The notes under the pieces: model-generated
What the model was told of the DNA's origin: nothing
Seen by the model: the letters and a program-made list of their open reading frames with translations, nothing else
Databases searched by the model: none
Position numbers and translations under genes: made by a program
Shown here: positions 20,838-31,395 of the stretch, piece by piece
Layout of the letters: each line of letters opens with the position of its first letter
How positions within the stretch are numbered: the first letter of the stretch is position 1
Assembly: GCA_029856045.1 (NCBI GenBank)
Contig: JAHQWG010000033.1
Span: 32,001-96,000, forward strand
Direction of reading: 5' to 3'
Source of the DNA: Promethearchaeia archaeon
GTDB taxonomy: Archaea; Asgardarchaeota; Lokiarchaeia; Sigyniarchaeales; SOKP01
Length of the DNA stretch: 64,000 nt

Positions 20838-22708
20838 TATTTCTTGCCTCCTGGTAGTTTTCCAATTACGAAATCTAATCCTAATCTTTTGAGTGTTTCG
20901 TCAGTTGGAATACCTTCTTTAGTCCACCCTCTTGCTTCATAATAGCCTTCTAAGATTGATGTATAACCCTTTTTATCAAGTGTAACTCCTTTAGCGGGTC
21001 CTATCGTAGGCGGTTCAGTAAAAAACCTTTCTGGTGGATAGTCATCTGCTTTTGTTGCACCTTCTCTTATGTTAAAGCATTTTGCTAGATTATGTATTGC
21101 TTCACCATTGTTTAAAAATTGTTCTGTTGTCATTTCATATCCGGATACATATTTATACATATCACAGTATTCTTGATTATTCTCATAAATTCCCCTTGTA
21201 AATTTACAAACAATAAGTGAATCAATTAAACAATACTCATCTTCTGTTTTTTTAATTGCTTTCCCTCTTTCTAAAGGTTTCTCATACCCAAAACGATCAA
21301 ATTTACCTTTAGCGTCCAGTCCATATGCTCCATTTCTCAAATGGCATGCACCTCTTATAGAAACGCTTGCTCCAACGGCAAAACTAGACATGCCATGAAT
21401 TTCATACATTGGGAACTCAAGCCCTTTAACTTGCATAGAATATTTCATTGCATCTCCACCCAATTTTTCGGCTGCTGCTCTACTCCCATCTGCTAGAATA
21501 TCTCCAATTTTTGAACTTCTATTTCCCATTTCTTCTAAAATTCGTATCATTGATTTGTAATTACCAAAAGATAAATCATATCCTAAATCTTTTTTTGTGA
21601 TGATTCCTTTCTCAAAGCACTCCATAGCAAAGGCTACAGTTGCTCCAGCTGAAATACCGTCCATTCCTAAGGTGTCACAAATTTCGATACCTTTCATAAT
21701 TGCAGGCCAATCAGAATGACCGCAATCACAACCCATGGAATAAATATTTTCAATATCCATGCTTGCAACGGTTCCAGCCCAATCAGGGTGATCATTTGGT
21801 ACTCTTGCTAAATGATCGCACGCTATCGTACATTGACTACAACCACACGTTTTCACAACATAATGATCATTTAAATATTGTCCGTTAAGAATATCTATGT
21901 CTTTCCAATATCCCTCTCTAAAATTATAATTTGCAAGCATTCCCATATCATTATATGAAGCAAGACCATTTGGTGTCCCATTTTCTCTATATTTTGTTGT
22001 AGCTGTACCGATTGAGCGCTTAATTAATTCTTTTGCTTTTTCATAGAATTCTTTTGGGTATGCAATTTTGACGCTTTTAGTCCCTCTAAAGCATAAAGCC
22101 TTTAAATTCTTTGAGCCCATTACACCACCCATACCGGTTCTTCCTGCTTGCCTATTCCTGTCATTAGTAACACATCCCATTCTCGAAAGTTTTTCTCCTG
22201 CAGGACCAATTGCAGCAACAGAAAGCCTTGAATCATTATAATGCTCTTTCAAGATCTCATCTGCTTCCCAACATCCTTTTCCCCACAAATCTAATTCTTT
22301 ACAAGGTATAATATTGATATCATCGTCATCAAACATGATGAAAACGGGTTCTTCCGCTTTGCCATAAAACACAATCATATTATGACCTGCTCTTCTGGCT
22401 TGCTGTGCGATACTACCTGAAGATATAGACATTCCAAATAGTCCAGTTTGCGGTGATTTTGCAAAAAGTCCATATTTTGAACTTGTGGGTATAATCGTGG
22501 TGGGATATGGTCCTATTGCCCATACTAAAATATTATCAGGACTAAAAGGATCAATATCGAGTTTTAATTCATCCCACAGCACTTTAGCACCAAAACCATA
22601 GCCTCCAATCCATTTAGTGCAAAAATCCTCATGAATGGTACTAATATCGATTTTTTCAGTATCTAAATGAATATTTACTCTTTGTTGTGTGTATCCTTCT
22701 AAAGTCAT
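20837..22708 (-). CDS. aor: Tungsten-type aldehyde:ferredoxin oxidoreductase
   Basis: KSPQTG, IGPAGE, GRTGMGGVMGSKNLKA, CSQCTIAC, GMDGIS, RGACH, YYEARGW. Confidence 0.93.
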   Translation of the reverse strand: MTLEGYTQQRVNIHLDTEKIDISTIHEDFCTKWIGGYGFGAKVLWDELKLDIDPFSPDNILVWAIGPYPTTIIPTSSKYGLFAKSPQTGLFGMSISSGSIAQQARRAGHNMIVFYGKAEEPVFIMFDDDDINIIPCKELDLWGKGCWEADEILKEHYNDSRLSVAAIGPAGEKLSRMGCVTNDRNRQAGRTGMGGVMGSKNLKALCFRGTKSVKIAYPKEFYEKAKELIKRSIGTATTKYRENGTPNGLASYNDMGMLANYNFREGYWKDIDILNGQYLNDHYVVKTCGCSQCTIACDHLARVPNDHPDWAGTVASMDIENIYSMGCDCGHSDWPAIMKGIEICDTLGMDGISAGATVAFAMECFEKGIITKKDLGYDLSFGNYKSMIRILEEMGNRSSKIGDILADGSRAAAEKLGGDAMKYSMQVKGLEFPMYEIHGMSSFAVGASVSIRGACHLRNGAYGLDAKGKFDRFGYEKPLERGKAIKKTEDEYCLIDSLIVCKFTRGIYENNQEYCDMYKYVSGYEMTTEQFLNNGEAIHNLAKCFNIREGATKADDYPPERFFTEPPTIGPAKGVTLDKKGYTSILEGYYEARGWTKEGIPTDETLKRLGLDFVIGKLPGGKK

Positions 22709-22950
22709 ATTTCTACACTTTTTTTATTTTCTTAACAAATGTTATTAACTTAGACATTTCTCTATAAAAGAATGTCGTATGATAATAATTTACATTTGAA
22801 ATATATAATAATTAAGATTTATTGTTAATCATTATTAAATTAAATTAATTTTTACAAAAGACTAATTTGTTAATTATATGGTAAAATAAGGTTTTTCCTT
22901 GCAAATTTTTGATTAATAGGAAATATTAAGAAAGGAAAATAGAGAAATAA

Positions 22951-25716
22951 TTAATAACGGTATACCATACCAAGGAAAGTGATTAAACACATTAATTTAA
23001 GGTCTATTGCAGGGTTTTCATGTAAATAGCAATTAAAGTGAGTTAAACATTTTGGGCAATTAAAAATCATATATTTTGCTCCCGTTTCAATAGCTTGATT
23101 AATTCTCTCGCCTTGTATTTTTTTTGAGTAAATATTGCAAGACAAATTAGCAGCGACACCACAACAAAGAGCATCCTCTTTATTGTTTTTCATTTCTATT
23201 AATTCGACAAATGGAATTTTATTCAATATTTCACGGGGAGCATCATATACTTTACTCATTCTGCCAAGTCTACAAGGATCATGGTAAGTAACTAAAATTT
23301 TATCAGAATTAGAGAGTTTTAAATTATCTAATAATCCTTCTTTTAGAATATATTCACTAATATGATAGACTTCAAAATTAAAATCATTATTTTCTTTAAA
23401 AAGATTTTTATATACAAATTTCCACATATAATATCCTTCTGCGCAATTGCAAATTATAGTTTTTACTCCAGCATTTTTAAATAATTGAACATTATGTTTT
23501 GCAAGTTTTTCGAAAGTATCCATATCACCTGTCCAATAATTATCATGTCCACAACATTTTTCATCCTCTAAAACTACAGGAATTATTCCATTTTGATTTA
23601 AAATACCTATTAAGGTTTTTGGAACTCTTAAATAATCTATTTTATCAGAAGAATGATAAAATGATTGTTTCCCATAAACACATTTAAATTTCTGCCCCTT
23701 TTCAATTGATTCTTGTAATAATTCATGAGGTAAATCACAATTAGAACACATATTACATAAAACACATCTATGAGCTTCTTGAATTGCGTCTTCTTCCGAA
23801 AGTCCAATTTCACATTCATTAAAAGATTTTATTCTTTCTTCTACTGGAATTATTGGCATCTCTCTTCTTTGGGTGATTTCAATTTGCTTTTTAGGCATTG
23901 CAGCAGGTCTTAAATCTTCCCTAAAGAACCTATCTTCTTTTAGATCAACATCTCTGAGATATCGATCGATTGAAATTGCTGCTTCGTATCCATTCGCTAT
24001 TGCTCTAATGACTATTCCCTCACCACCTATTATATCTCCTCCAGCAAAAACACCAGGAATATTTGTCTGTAAAATTAATTTATCGGTTCGAACACTACCT
24101 CTTTTATCAATTGCTATTTTATGTTCAGCAGCTAATAAAGGTTCATGGTCAGCTGCCTGACCTATTGCAAGTATTAAAACATTAACTTTCATTTTGATTT
24201 CAGAACCTTCAATAGGAATAGGTCTTCTCCTACCTGAACTATCTGGTTCTCCAAGTTTCATCCGGATGCATCCAACTTCAGAAAGATTACCATTTTTATC
24301 ACCTAAAATTCTTATTGGATTAGTTAAAAATTGAAATTCAATATTTTCTTCTTTTGCCATCTCAATCTCTTCTTTTGATGCGGGCATTTCTTTTTCAGAT
24401 CGACGATAAATTAGGATTACTTGTTTTGCACCTAATCTTACAGATGTTCTTGCAGCATCCATAGCGACATTTCCGCCACCTACAACTCCAACTATTTTAT
24501 CTTTAACTTTCACTTCAAATTTTTTTGTGGTTTTATCTGATAATTTATAATTTTTAAGATATTCTATACCTCCGATAACATTTTTAAGATCATCTCCCTC
24601 TATTCTCATTCTTCTGCTATGTTGAAGTCCTATTGATATAAAAATTGCTTTATAACCCATTTTTTTTAAGTCGTTAAACGTTAAGTCTGGTCCTATAGGT
24701 GTATTTGTTTTAATTTCAACACCATTTTTTTCGATATATTCAATTTCATAATCTAAGATTCTTTGAGGTAAACGATATTCAGGAATACCAAATCTTAACA
24801 TTCCACCTTTAAATGGTGATGATTCAAATACTGTAGGTTTATATCCCTTCTTTGCGAGATAATATGCAGCGGTCATACCAGATGGCCCTGAGCCAATAAT
24901 TGCAACTTTTTCTTTAGTCTGTTTAGGTGGGATAATATTCTTTAAAGGGGCATTTTTTATTTCCCAATCAGCAACAAATCTTTTTAGTGCTTTAATGGCA
25001 ACAGGTTTATCTATATTCCCACGATTACAAACATCTTCACAAAGAGCAGGGCAAATTCGCCCACATACACCCGGAAAGGGAATTCTCTTTCTTATTAGAC
25101 AAAGCGCTTCTTGAAATTTACCTTCTCTAATAAATGAGATATAACCTTGTATGTCTACACCTGCTGGACACGCTCTTCTACATGGAGATATTTTATCAAT
25201 ATATGGAATACAACCAACGAAATATGCAATATCTCCCTTATCAGCAATTTTTAAATCTGTATCATCCAAATAACCGAGTTTATTCTCGAATTCTATTTGA
25301 TTATTTGCCATTAAATAAGGTAAATTTGCATATAACCTACCATGTGTTGTATAGTCCAATTTTTCCTCTTTCAATTTTTCTGATTCCGTAGCGATCTTCC
25401 GAAGATTCAAAATAATATCAAAAAAATTGACGCCAATATTATCTTTTGTCATTGGACAATATTCGATACATTGCCCACAAGTTAAACAACTCCAAATATT
25501 AGAATTATTAATTACATCTTCAACTGAGTAAGTAGAAAAGTCGCTGACTAATTGTCTTGGATAAAAAAGCCCAAATTTTGAAACAGGACAAACATTCACG
25601 CACCTATTACAATCATAACAGTAATTAGCCGATCTCACCAATTCTGCGATTCTTTCAAGATCTTTTTTTTCAATTTTTAAACTAATTTCTGGTGAAATTT
25701 CCTCTTTTGCTTTCAT
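22951..25716 (-). CDS. HdrD-like (4Fe-4S dicluster + 2 CCG domains) protein with an inserted GltD/NfnB-like FAD/NAD(P) oxidoreductase module
   Basis: CYDCNRCVNVCP and CLTCGQCIEYCP; YFVGC; then SPCRRACP, CGRICPALCE, IGSGPSG, GGGNVAMDAAR, FAGGD; then KCCG, TYHDPCRLGR, LCCG, CPKC. Confidence 0.85.
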   Translation of the reverse strand: MKAKEEISPEISLKIEKKDLERIAELVRSANYCYDCNRCVNVCPVSKFGLFYPRQLVSDFSTYSVEDVINNSNIWSCLTCGQCIEYCPMTKDNIGVNFFDIILNLRKIATESEKLKEEKLDYTTHGRLYANLPYLMANNQIEFENKLGYLDDTDLKIADKGDIAYFVGCIPYIDKISPCRRACPAGVDIQGYISFIREGKFQEALCLIRKRIPFPGVCGRICPALCEDVCNRGNIDKPVAIKALKRFVADWEIKNAPLKNIIPPKQTKEKVAIIGSGPSGMTAAYYLAKKGYKPTVFESSPFKGGMLRFGIPEYRLPQRILDYEIEYIEKNGVEIKTNTPIGPDLTFNDLKKMGYKAIFISIGLQHSRRMRIEGDDLKNVIGGIEYLKNYKLSDKTTKKFEVKVKDKIVGVVGGGNVAMDAARTSVRLGAKQVILIYRRSEKEMPASKEEIEMAKEENIEFQFLTNPIRILGDKNGNLSEVGCIRMKLGEPDSSGRRRPIPIEGSEIKMKVNVLILAIGQAADHEPLLAAEHKIAIDKRGSVRTDKLILQTNIPGVFAGGDIIGGEGIVIRAIANGYEAAISIDRYLRDVDLKEDRFFREDLRPAAMPKKQIEITQRREMPIIPVEERIKSFNECEIGLSEEDAIQEAHRCVLCNMCSNCDLPHELLQESIEKGQKFKCVYGKQSFYHSSDKIDYLRVPKTLIGILNQNGIIPVVLEDEKCCGHDNYWTGDMDTFEKLAKHNVQLFKNAGVKTIICNCAEGYYMWKFVYKNLFKENNDFNFEVYHISEYILKEGLLDNLKLSNSDKILVTYHDPCRLGRMSKVYDAPREILNKIPFVELIEMKNNKEDALCCGVAANLSCNIYSKKIQGERINQAIETGAKYMIFNCPKCLTHFNCYLHENPAIDLKLMCLITFLGMVYRY

Positions 25717-25927
25717 TTTAAAGTACTTTTTAAATTTTAATTAAAATTAAATTTAAGCAGATTATTTACTGATTCGTGTTAATCAATATTGTAAATGATT
25801 TTTCAATTTTTAATGTTTATTATTATTTTGTATAACCATTTAGTTGTTTTTGCTGAATAAATAAAATGAGTTAAAAAATTAATTTTGATATTGAAATCTA
25901 AGAATATTATTGTTTTTCCTTACTTAT

Positions 25928-27415
25928 TTAATGAAATTCATCACACCATGATTTAAAGAAATTTCTCCATTTTTGATTTTGAATTTTATTGTATAGTTTA
26001 CCCCCTCTCTCATTCAAATATAGAATTTTATTATACTCAGTAAAATAATCAAAAATCATATCTTCTTTGGAGTAACCTCTTGAAGGTCTTATTACTGAAC
26101 TTTTTAATGGATTTAAATTGTCAATTTTCCAGTATTCATCTATAAATTCTATTCCATAATTTGTAACATATTTATCTTTATGTTGATATACAAATGAGTT
26201 TGGGTATATTGAATAAAGCGTTGGGCCTATATCAATCAAATTATGAATTGAATCATTATTTATATAATCTACAGTTTCAAATAATGTCTCTTTTGTCTCT
26301 CCTGGATAACCTATTAATAAATTTAATCTGCATCTTACCTTAGCGTGCTGTTTGTAAAATTCTATTATCTCATGAGTTTTTTTTATGTAAGAATCTACTT
26401 CTTTTATGGATATTTTATTCATTCTAACCAACATTTCTTTGGAAATAGACTCAAGTCCATATCCTACAACCATATTTGCTTCCTGAAATTCTTTTAACAT
26501 CTTTTTACTAAAATAATCGATTCTCGCTTGACAAGAGAACTCCATTTCCTCATTTAATTTATTCTCTTTTATTAATTCAAGCCATTTATATTTATCCTTT
26601 AGTGCATTAAAGCATTGATCTGAGAAATTAAATCTTTTAACACCATTTTTTTGAGCAATATTATATAATTCTGCAAAAAATAATCTAGCTTTGTTATATT
26701 CTAGATTTCTGAATCTAAAATTACTACCACAGAAATAACAATTACCTGGGCATCCTCTTGATACAAAAAGTTCAAAACTCATTTTTGAGCTAAAATCGGG
26801 ATACATATCTAAATATCCAAGATAGTCTGGGAATGGTAAGGAGTTTATATCTATTGGTTCAGGTATTACAACTCTCGTCTTTGGAGTTTTAATTATATTA
26901 CCATTCCTTAATAAATCTAAAAAAAATCTCTCTCCTTCGTCTCTTATCACAAAATCAAACGGTGAATTTTGGAATAAAAAGTCATTTGGAACTGCAGAAG
27001 GATGATATCCACCAACAACTATTTTTAAATCAGGTTTTAATTCTTTTAAAATAGAAGCAATTAATTTAGTTTGTAAATATGCGGCAGAAGTATAGCAACT
27101 TAATGCAATTATTTCATTTTCGAGTAGATTATATTTATCAATAATTTTTTTAAAAAACTTTTCAAATTCTTCTTTTTTATATTCGGAAATTTTATATCCG
27201 TCGGGATTTAATTCTTCCTCACGTCGGATGTCAATAATTAATGGTATATTTTCTTTTATTAATTTTCTCTCTACTAATAGAGATATTATTTGTAATGGTC
27301 CGATTGGAAAATTATAATAATAAATAGGTTTTTGATAATCTTCATCAATATTGAAGAAACTTGGAATTACCATTACAAACTTAATTGGAGTTTTTTCATA
27401 TTGATTAGCGTTCAT
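25928..27415 (-). CDS. Cobalamin-binding radical SAM protein
   Basis: PIGPLQI, VVGGYHPS, DEGE, SRGCPGNCYFC, GLES, IGYPGET. Confidence 0.92.
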   Translation of the reverse strand: MNANQYEKTPIKFVMVIPSFFNIDEDYQKPIYYYNFPIGPLQIISLLVERKLIKENIPLIIDIRREEELNPDGYKISEYKKEEFEKFFKKIIDKYNLLENEIIALSCYTSAAYLQTKLIASILKELKPDLKIVVGGYHPSAVPNDFLFQNSPFDFVIRDEGERFFLDLLRNGNIIKTPKTRVVIPEPIDINSLPFPDYLGYLDMYPDFSSKMSFELFVSRGCPGNCYFCGSNFRFRNLEYNKARLFFAELYNIAQKNGVKRFNFSDQCFNALKDKYKWLELIKENKLNEEMEFSCQARIDYFSKKMLKEFQEANMVVGYGLESISKEMLVRMNKISIKEVDSYIKKTHEIIEFYKQHAKVRCRLNLLIGYPGETKETLFETVDYINNDSIHNLIDIGPTLYSIYPNSFVYQHKDKYVTNYGIEFIDEYWKIDNLNPLKSSVIRPSRGYSKEDMIFDYFTEYNKILYLNERGGKLYNKIQNQKWRNFFKSWCDEFH

Positions 27416-27635
27416 TAAATGATCTTCCTAAAATTATATTCTTTATTTTCTATCTTATTTTGCATATATAAAATGCTTTTTTTCCGATTTATTTTTTTTT
27501 AATAAAGTGATTAGTAAATACTCCCAGATCAAAATAATTTTATATAAATTATTCAATAAATTCCTTAATCACAACATTTTAATATAAATTATAAAATGTA
27601 ATATTTTTAAAATTAAAAATATAGGCTAGAATTAT

Positions 27636-28046
27636 ATGTCAATAGAGGAGTTAAGAACCAAAATAGCAGAAAGAGAAAGTGAGAAAGGTAAAGTTGAAGC
27701 TGAGGCACTAACTAAGACTACAGCTACAGAGTCTGAAATCAATTCTACTTTTGATCCAAAAATCTCAGAATTAAAGGGGCAAATGAGTATAGCACAAGAA
27801 GAGGTTGAAAATGCTCAAAAACTTTTGAATGAGGTAAGAACTAAACTTGGAAATGCTAAAGATAATGTAAAAAAAACATCTAATGACATAAAAATGAATG
27901 AAAGAAAAAAAGCCACTGCATTAAGAGATAAAATCAGAGAAATTCAAGTTAATAAAAAAGCAAAATTAAAATATCTAAATACAAAAATAAAGGAACTTTA
28001 TTCTCAAATTAGAGAAATTGAAAAAGAACAAGCTGTTGCCCGGTAA
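27636..28046 (+). CDS. Hypothetical all-helical coiled-coil protein
   Basis: 136 aa, K/E-rich with a heptad pattern, and followed by a terminator-like hairpin. Confidence 0.7.
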   Translation: MSIEELRTKIAERESEKGKVEAEALTKTTATESEINSTFDPKISELKGQMSIAQEEVENAQKLLNEVRTKLGNAKDNVKKTSNDIKMNERKKATALRDKIREIQVNKKAKLKYLNTKIKELYSQIREIEKEQAVAR

Positions 28047-28058
28047 TTCTTTTATGGA

Positions 28059-28094
28059 AACGATTTAATATTTCGGTAATCGTTATTTTTTTTT
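28059..28094 (+). terminator. Hairpin + T-run terminator candidate
   Basis: aacgatt (28059-65) pairs with aatcgtt (28078-84), followed by a T9 run, between convergent genes. Confidence 0.5.
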
Positions 28095-28207
28095 ATTTAA
28101 TTTTCAAATCTTTAATAATTCTATTAGGATTTGCACTTTTTTATTTTGAGAAAAATTAGGTAAGATTTTCTTGAAAGATAAAAAAGAAAAAGTAAAAATT
28201 AATTTTA

Positions 28208-29062
28208 TTAAAGAACAGGAATTTTCTCTGAATTGTATATTTTGAGAGCTTCTTCTATTGATTTTCCTTTAAAAATAGCTTTATATCCCAGAGCTTTGTT
28301 TATTGGTTTAGGATCTTGAAAAATATTCCTACCTATTGCCATTCCATCCAGAACGTGAACAATTTCACTTGCAGTTTTATATGCTTGTTCAACAGTATCT
28401 AATTTAGCACCTCCTGCGATTAAGCAATACATCCCTTGAGCATATTCTTTTATTTTTTTAAGACCATTCTCTCCTCTTGGATAATAAAGTTTTACCATAT
28501 CTGCTCCAAGTTCAAATGCAACTCTTGCACCATATCTTACATTTTCCCAATAACCTTCCTCATCTTTTTTCCGGGGATGTTGCCTTATATATGACCACAC
28601 AATTACTGGAACTTGAAATATCCTTGCCTCTCTTATAATATCCGCAAGTTCAGTTAATTGGGAAGTCTCATCCTGTCCTCCTACATAAAGACTGTATCCT
28701 ACAGCACATAACGTTGGACATAATGCCAAAGCTTCATCAACAGAACAATCAAGTCCTCCTCTTGGACTACGATTATCACTATATAATTCAGTCTTGCCAT
28801 TGAGTTTTATTACCATTGGGAGATTTGGATGACGATCAGCATATCTAATATATAATCCTTTATGTAAGATGAGTGGAATTCCAGCTTTATCTGCAACTGT
28901 CATAACATAATCTGGATTTGCCGCTTCTGGAATGGTAAAATCTGAGCGATGTTCAAACCCTTGATCGACTGCAAGAAATAAAGCTTTTTCTCCTAATTCT
29001 CCTTTAAATAGCATTTTTTCCATTCGAATTTTAAAACCGGTAAATGGATTTTTTAGACTCAT
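28208..29062 (-). CDS. Class I fructose-bisphosphate aldolase (DhnA/FbaB family)
   Basis: LAVDQGFEH, IKLNGKT, WSY, GADMVK (Schiff-base Lys), AGG, AIGRNIFQ. Confidence 0.9.
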   Translation of the reverse strand: MSLKNPFTGFKIRMEKMLFKGELGEKALFLAVDQGFEHRSDFTIPEAANPDYVMTVADKAGIPLILHKGLYIRYADRHPNLPMVIKLNGKTELYSDNRSPRGGLDCSVDEALALCPTLCAVGYSLYVGGQDETSQLTELADIIREARIFQVPVIVWSYIRQHPRKKDEEGYWENVRYGARVAFELGADMVKLYYPRGENGLKKIKEYAQGMYCLIAGGAKLDTVEQAYKTASEIVHVLDGMAIGRNIFQDPKPINKALGYKAIFKGKSIEEALKIYNSEKIPVL

Positions 29063-29243
29063 AATAAATCACAAAAGGATAATAATATAATTAATATTTA
29101 TTATTTTTGCTTATTACCTTTAATTTATATTTATTTTTTGTTAGAATAATGAACATATTATTAAATAATAGTTAAGTTAAATTAAAATTAATAAAAATTC
29201 AAAATGAAAATTATAATAACTGAAAAGTAGCGTGATTTAGGAA

Positions 29244-30266
29244 ATGTTAGAAGGAGATAAATGTAAAAGTTGTGAAACACAGAGTTGTTTAATGAAGTGT
29301 CAATTTATTGATATAAGTAAGGAAGATGCTAAAGTTGAGATTATGAAAATGGTTAATGGAGAGAATTCACGGATTTTAAGTGAATGTGTAACATGTTTTG
29401 CGTGTCAAGAATACTGTGAATTAAACGCAAGGCCATTTGATAGGATTGTAGAATTACAAGAAAAATATAATTCATTAAATATTCCTTCCGATATGATTGA
29501 AAGGGGAGTAAATCAATATGCTCCTCACTCTGAATTAAGAATGAAAGAAATCGACCCAGAGAAGCCAGTTTTAGACAAATGTACCTTTAGGAATATGAGT
29601 AAAAACGAGATGCAAGGACAAATGTTCGATAATCTTCAATACTTAAGCGGTACTGACTTTTTCTGTAATTTATTGTTTCATCATATGGCAAGAGATTCCG
29701 TAGTTAAAGAGAGAGCTCCTCTTATTATTAATAATTTCAAAAGACACGGAGTAAAAGAATTAATTTGTTGGCATGATGAATGTTATGGGTTTTTTGCATC
29801 GTATTGTCCAAGAAATGGTATTGAAGTACCATTTAAAGCAATTCATCTTTTTGAATATCTCCATAATTATCTAAAGGACCATGAGTCAGAAATAAATAAA
29901 TTAAATATGAAAATTGCTTACCTGCGTAATTGTTCAAATAGATTCATACCTAAAACTGATCAATGGGTTGATAAAATATGCGAATTAATTGGTGTTGAGA
30001 GGGTTGCAAGAAAATACGACAGAGAAAACGCTTTATGTTGTGGAGGTGGCATGGAGGCGATACCAGGCAAGAAAAATTTACGTAGAGAAACTCAAAAGAA
30101 AAATGTTCAAGATATGGTAGATCATGAAGCAGAAGCTTGTGTATTTAATTGCCCCATGTGTAAAAATATGATTGGCTCATTAGCTGAGAGAAATGGTTTG
30201 AAATTATATCTATTAAGTGATTTATGTCGGCTTGCCTTAGGAGAAACATTAGATTACATTAAATAA
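29244..30266 (+). CDS. (Fe-S)-binding CCG-domain oxidoreductase (GlpC/HdrD-like)
   Basis: CKSC...CLMKC, CVTCFACQEYC, HDECY, RNCS, LCCGG, CPMC. Confidence 0.85.
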   Translation: MLEGDKCKSCETQSCLMKCQFIDISKEDAKVEIMKMVNGENSRILSECVTCFACQEYCELNARPFDRIVELQEKYNSLNIPSDMIERGVNQYAPHSELRMKEIDPEKPVLDKCTFRNMSKNEMQGQMFDNLQYLSGTDFFCNLLFHHMARDSVVKERAPLIINNFKRHGVKELICWHDECYGFFASYCPRNGIEVPFKAIHLFEYLHNYLKDHESEINKLNMKIAYLRNCSNRFIPKTDQWVDKICELIGVERVARKYDRENALCCGGGMEAIPGKKNLRRETQKKNVQDMVDHEAEACVFNCPMCKNMIGSLAERNGLKLYLLSDLCRLALGETLDYIK

Positions 30267-30373
30267 GAAATTTCAAAATTTTTATTCTCTTTTTCTTATT
30301 TTTTATATCATTCAAGAGATCTCATGCATGTTAAGTAAATATTATATAAATAAAATACTATATTTTTATGTAA

Positions 30374-30793
30374 ATGGAAAATAATATTTCGAAAAAAATC
30401 AAAGTAATTCTTTCTAAAATTAAAAATATTAATAATCAATATTCTGATTTTTTTGATTCTTTGGATGAATTAGAAATTCCTTCTAAGGATGCGTTGATTG
30501 AAGATATCTACAATAATAATCTTCTAAAAAATGAATTCTTTTCAGAGTTTACTCAAATCAGTAGTAAGACAATAATGAAACTTGAAAAAGAACAAATTTT
30601 TGAAAGAATCATTTCTCAAATTAATAATAATCCTAACCAAAAAGACATTTATATCCAACAATTTTTAGAATTGTTTAAAGATATTTCCCCTCAAGATAAA
30701 AAGGTGATGATACAATCCTTTTTAAAATTAGATGAACAAGGGCTTAGAGATCAAATGACTAGTTTGATGTCTATTTTAAAATTTAAAACATAA
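30374..30793 (+). CDS. Hypothetical helical protein
   Basis: 139-aa ORF filling the gap between genes, with a TATA-like sequence upstream. No recognisable motif. Confidence 0.6.
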   Translation: MENNISKKIKVILSKIKNINNQYSDFFDSLDELEIPSKDALIEDIYNNNLLKNEFFSEFTQISSKTIMKLEKEQIFERIISQINNNPNQKDIYIQQFLELFKDISPQDKKVMIQSFLKLDEQGLRDQMTSLMSILKFKT

Positions 30794-30855
30794 CTTCTAA
30801 TTAAAAAATAAAAAGAATTTTTATTAAAAGATATTAATTAATTAAAATTTTATTT

Positions 30856-31239
30856 CTATAGTGCCATAAGTTTCCCAAATATTGTCAATTTTTTCAATCC
30901 ACGCAACTTTATTTTCCTTGTGATCCATTTTTTCAATAAAGTGCCTGTAGATAACCCCTCCTCAAAAACCTTAGCTAATAGATTAAAGGGGCCTTCAAAT
31001 AAGCCATCATATTTTAAACTTTTCAAGGTTTCTTTGTCGTTTTTAACATCTTCAACATCTATAGTACCTTTATCAATTTTTATTAGAGCAGCACGTTTTT
31101 GATCTTTAGGATTAACTAATATCTTAACTTCAACTTCTGCAAATTCTTCTATAAATTCTTCCATGGTATTCAAGGGCTCAACCAGCTTCCATACAATACC
31201 TGCAAATCCTTTCATTCTTTTAGGTTTTTCTTCAGACAT
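30856..31239 (-). CDS. SCP2 sterol/lipid-carrier-like protein
   Basis: ALIKIDKGTIDVE...DGLFEG...WITRKIKLRG matches the SCP2 C-terminal pattern. Confidence 0.6.
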   Translation of the reverse strand: MSEEKPKRMKGFAGIVWKLVEPLNTMEEFIEEFAEVEVKILVNPKDQKRAALIKIDKGTIDVEDVKNDKETLKSLKYDGLFEGPFNLLAKVFEEGLSTGTLLKKWITRKIKLRGLKKLTIFGKLMAL

Positions 31240-31395
31240 TTAAAATCGTTAAAATAATTAATTTAAATAAATATTCATTATTTTGAATTAAACTTTTTAA
31301 TTTAAATAATCTTTTTATTTCAGATTGAAATAAAATTATGCTAAATAAATGAAGAAGAAGTTAACTATTAATAATCTTCAACCTAGAGACATGAA

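Noticed and set aside
22951-30266. Selenocysteine read-through in the Hdr-like/Fe-S genes
   Set aside because: The ORFs are complete with Cys at motif positions, and no in-frame TGA splits a domain.
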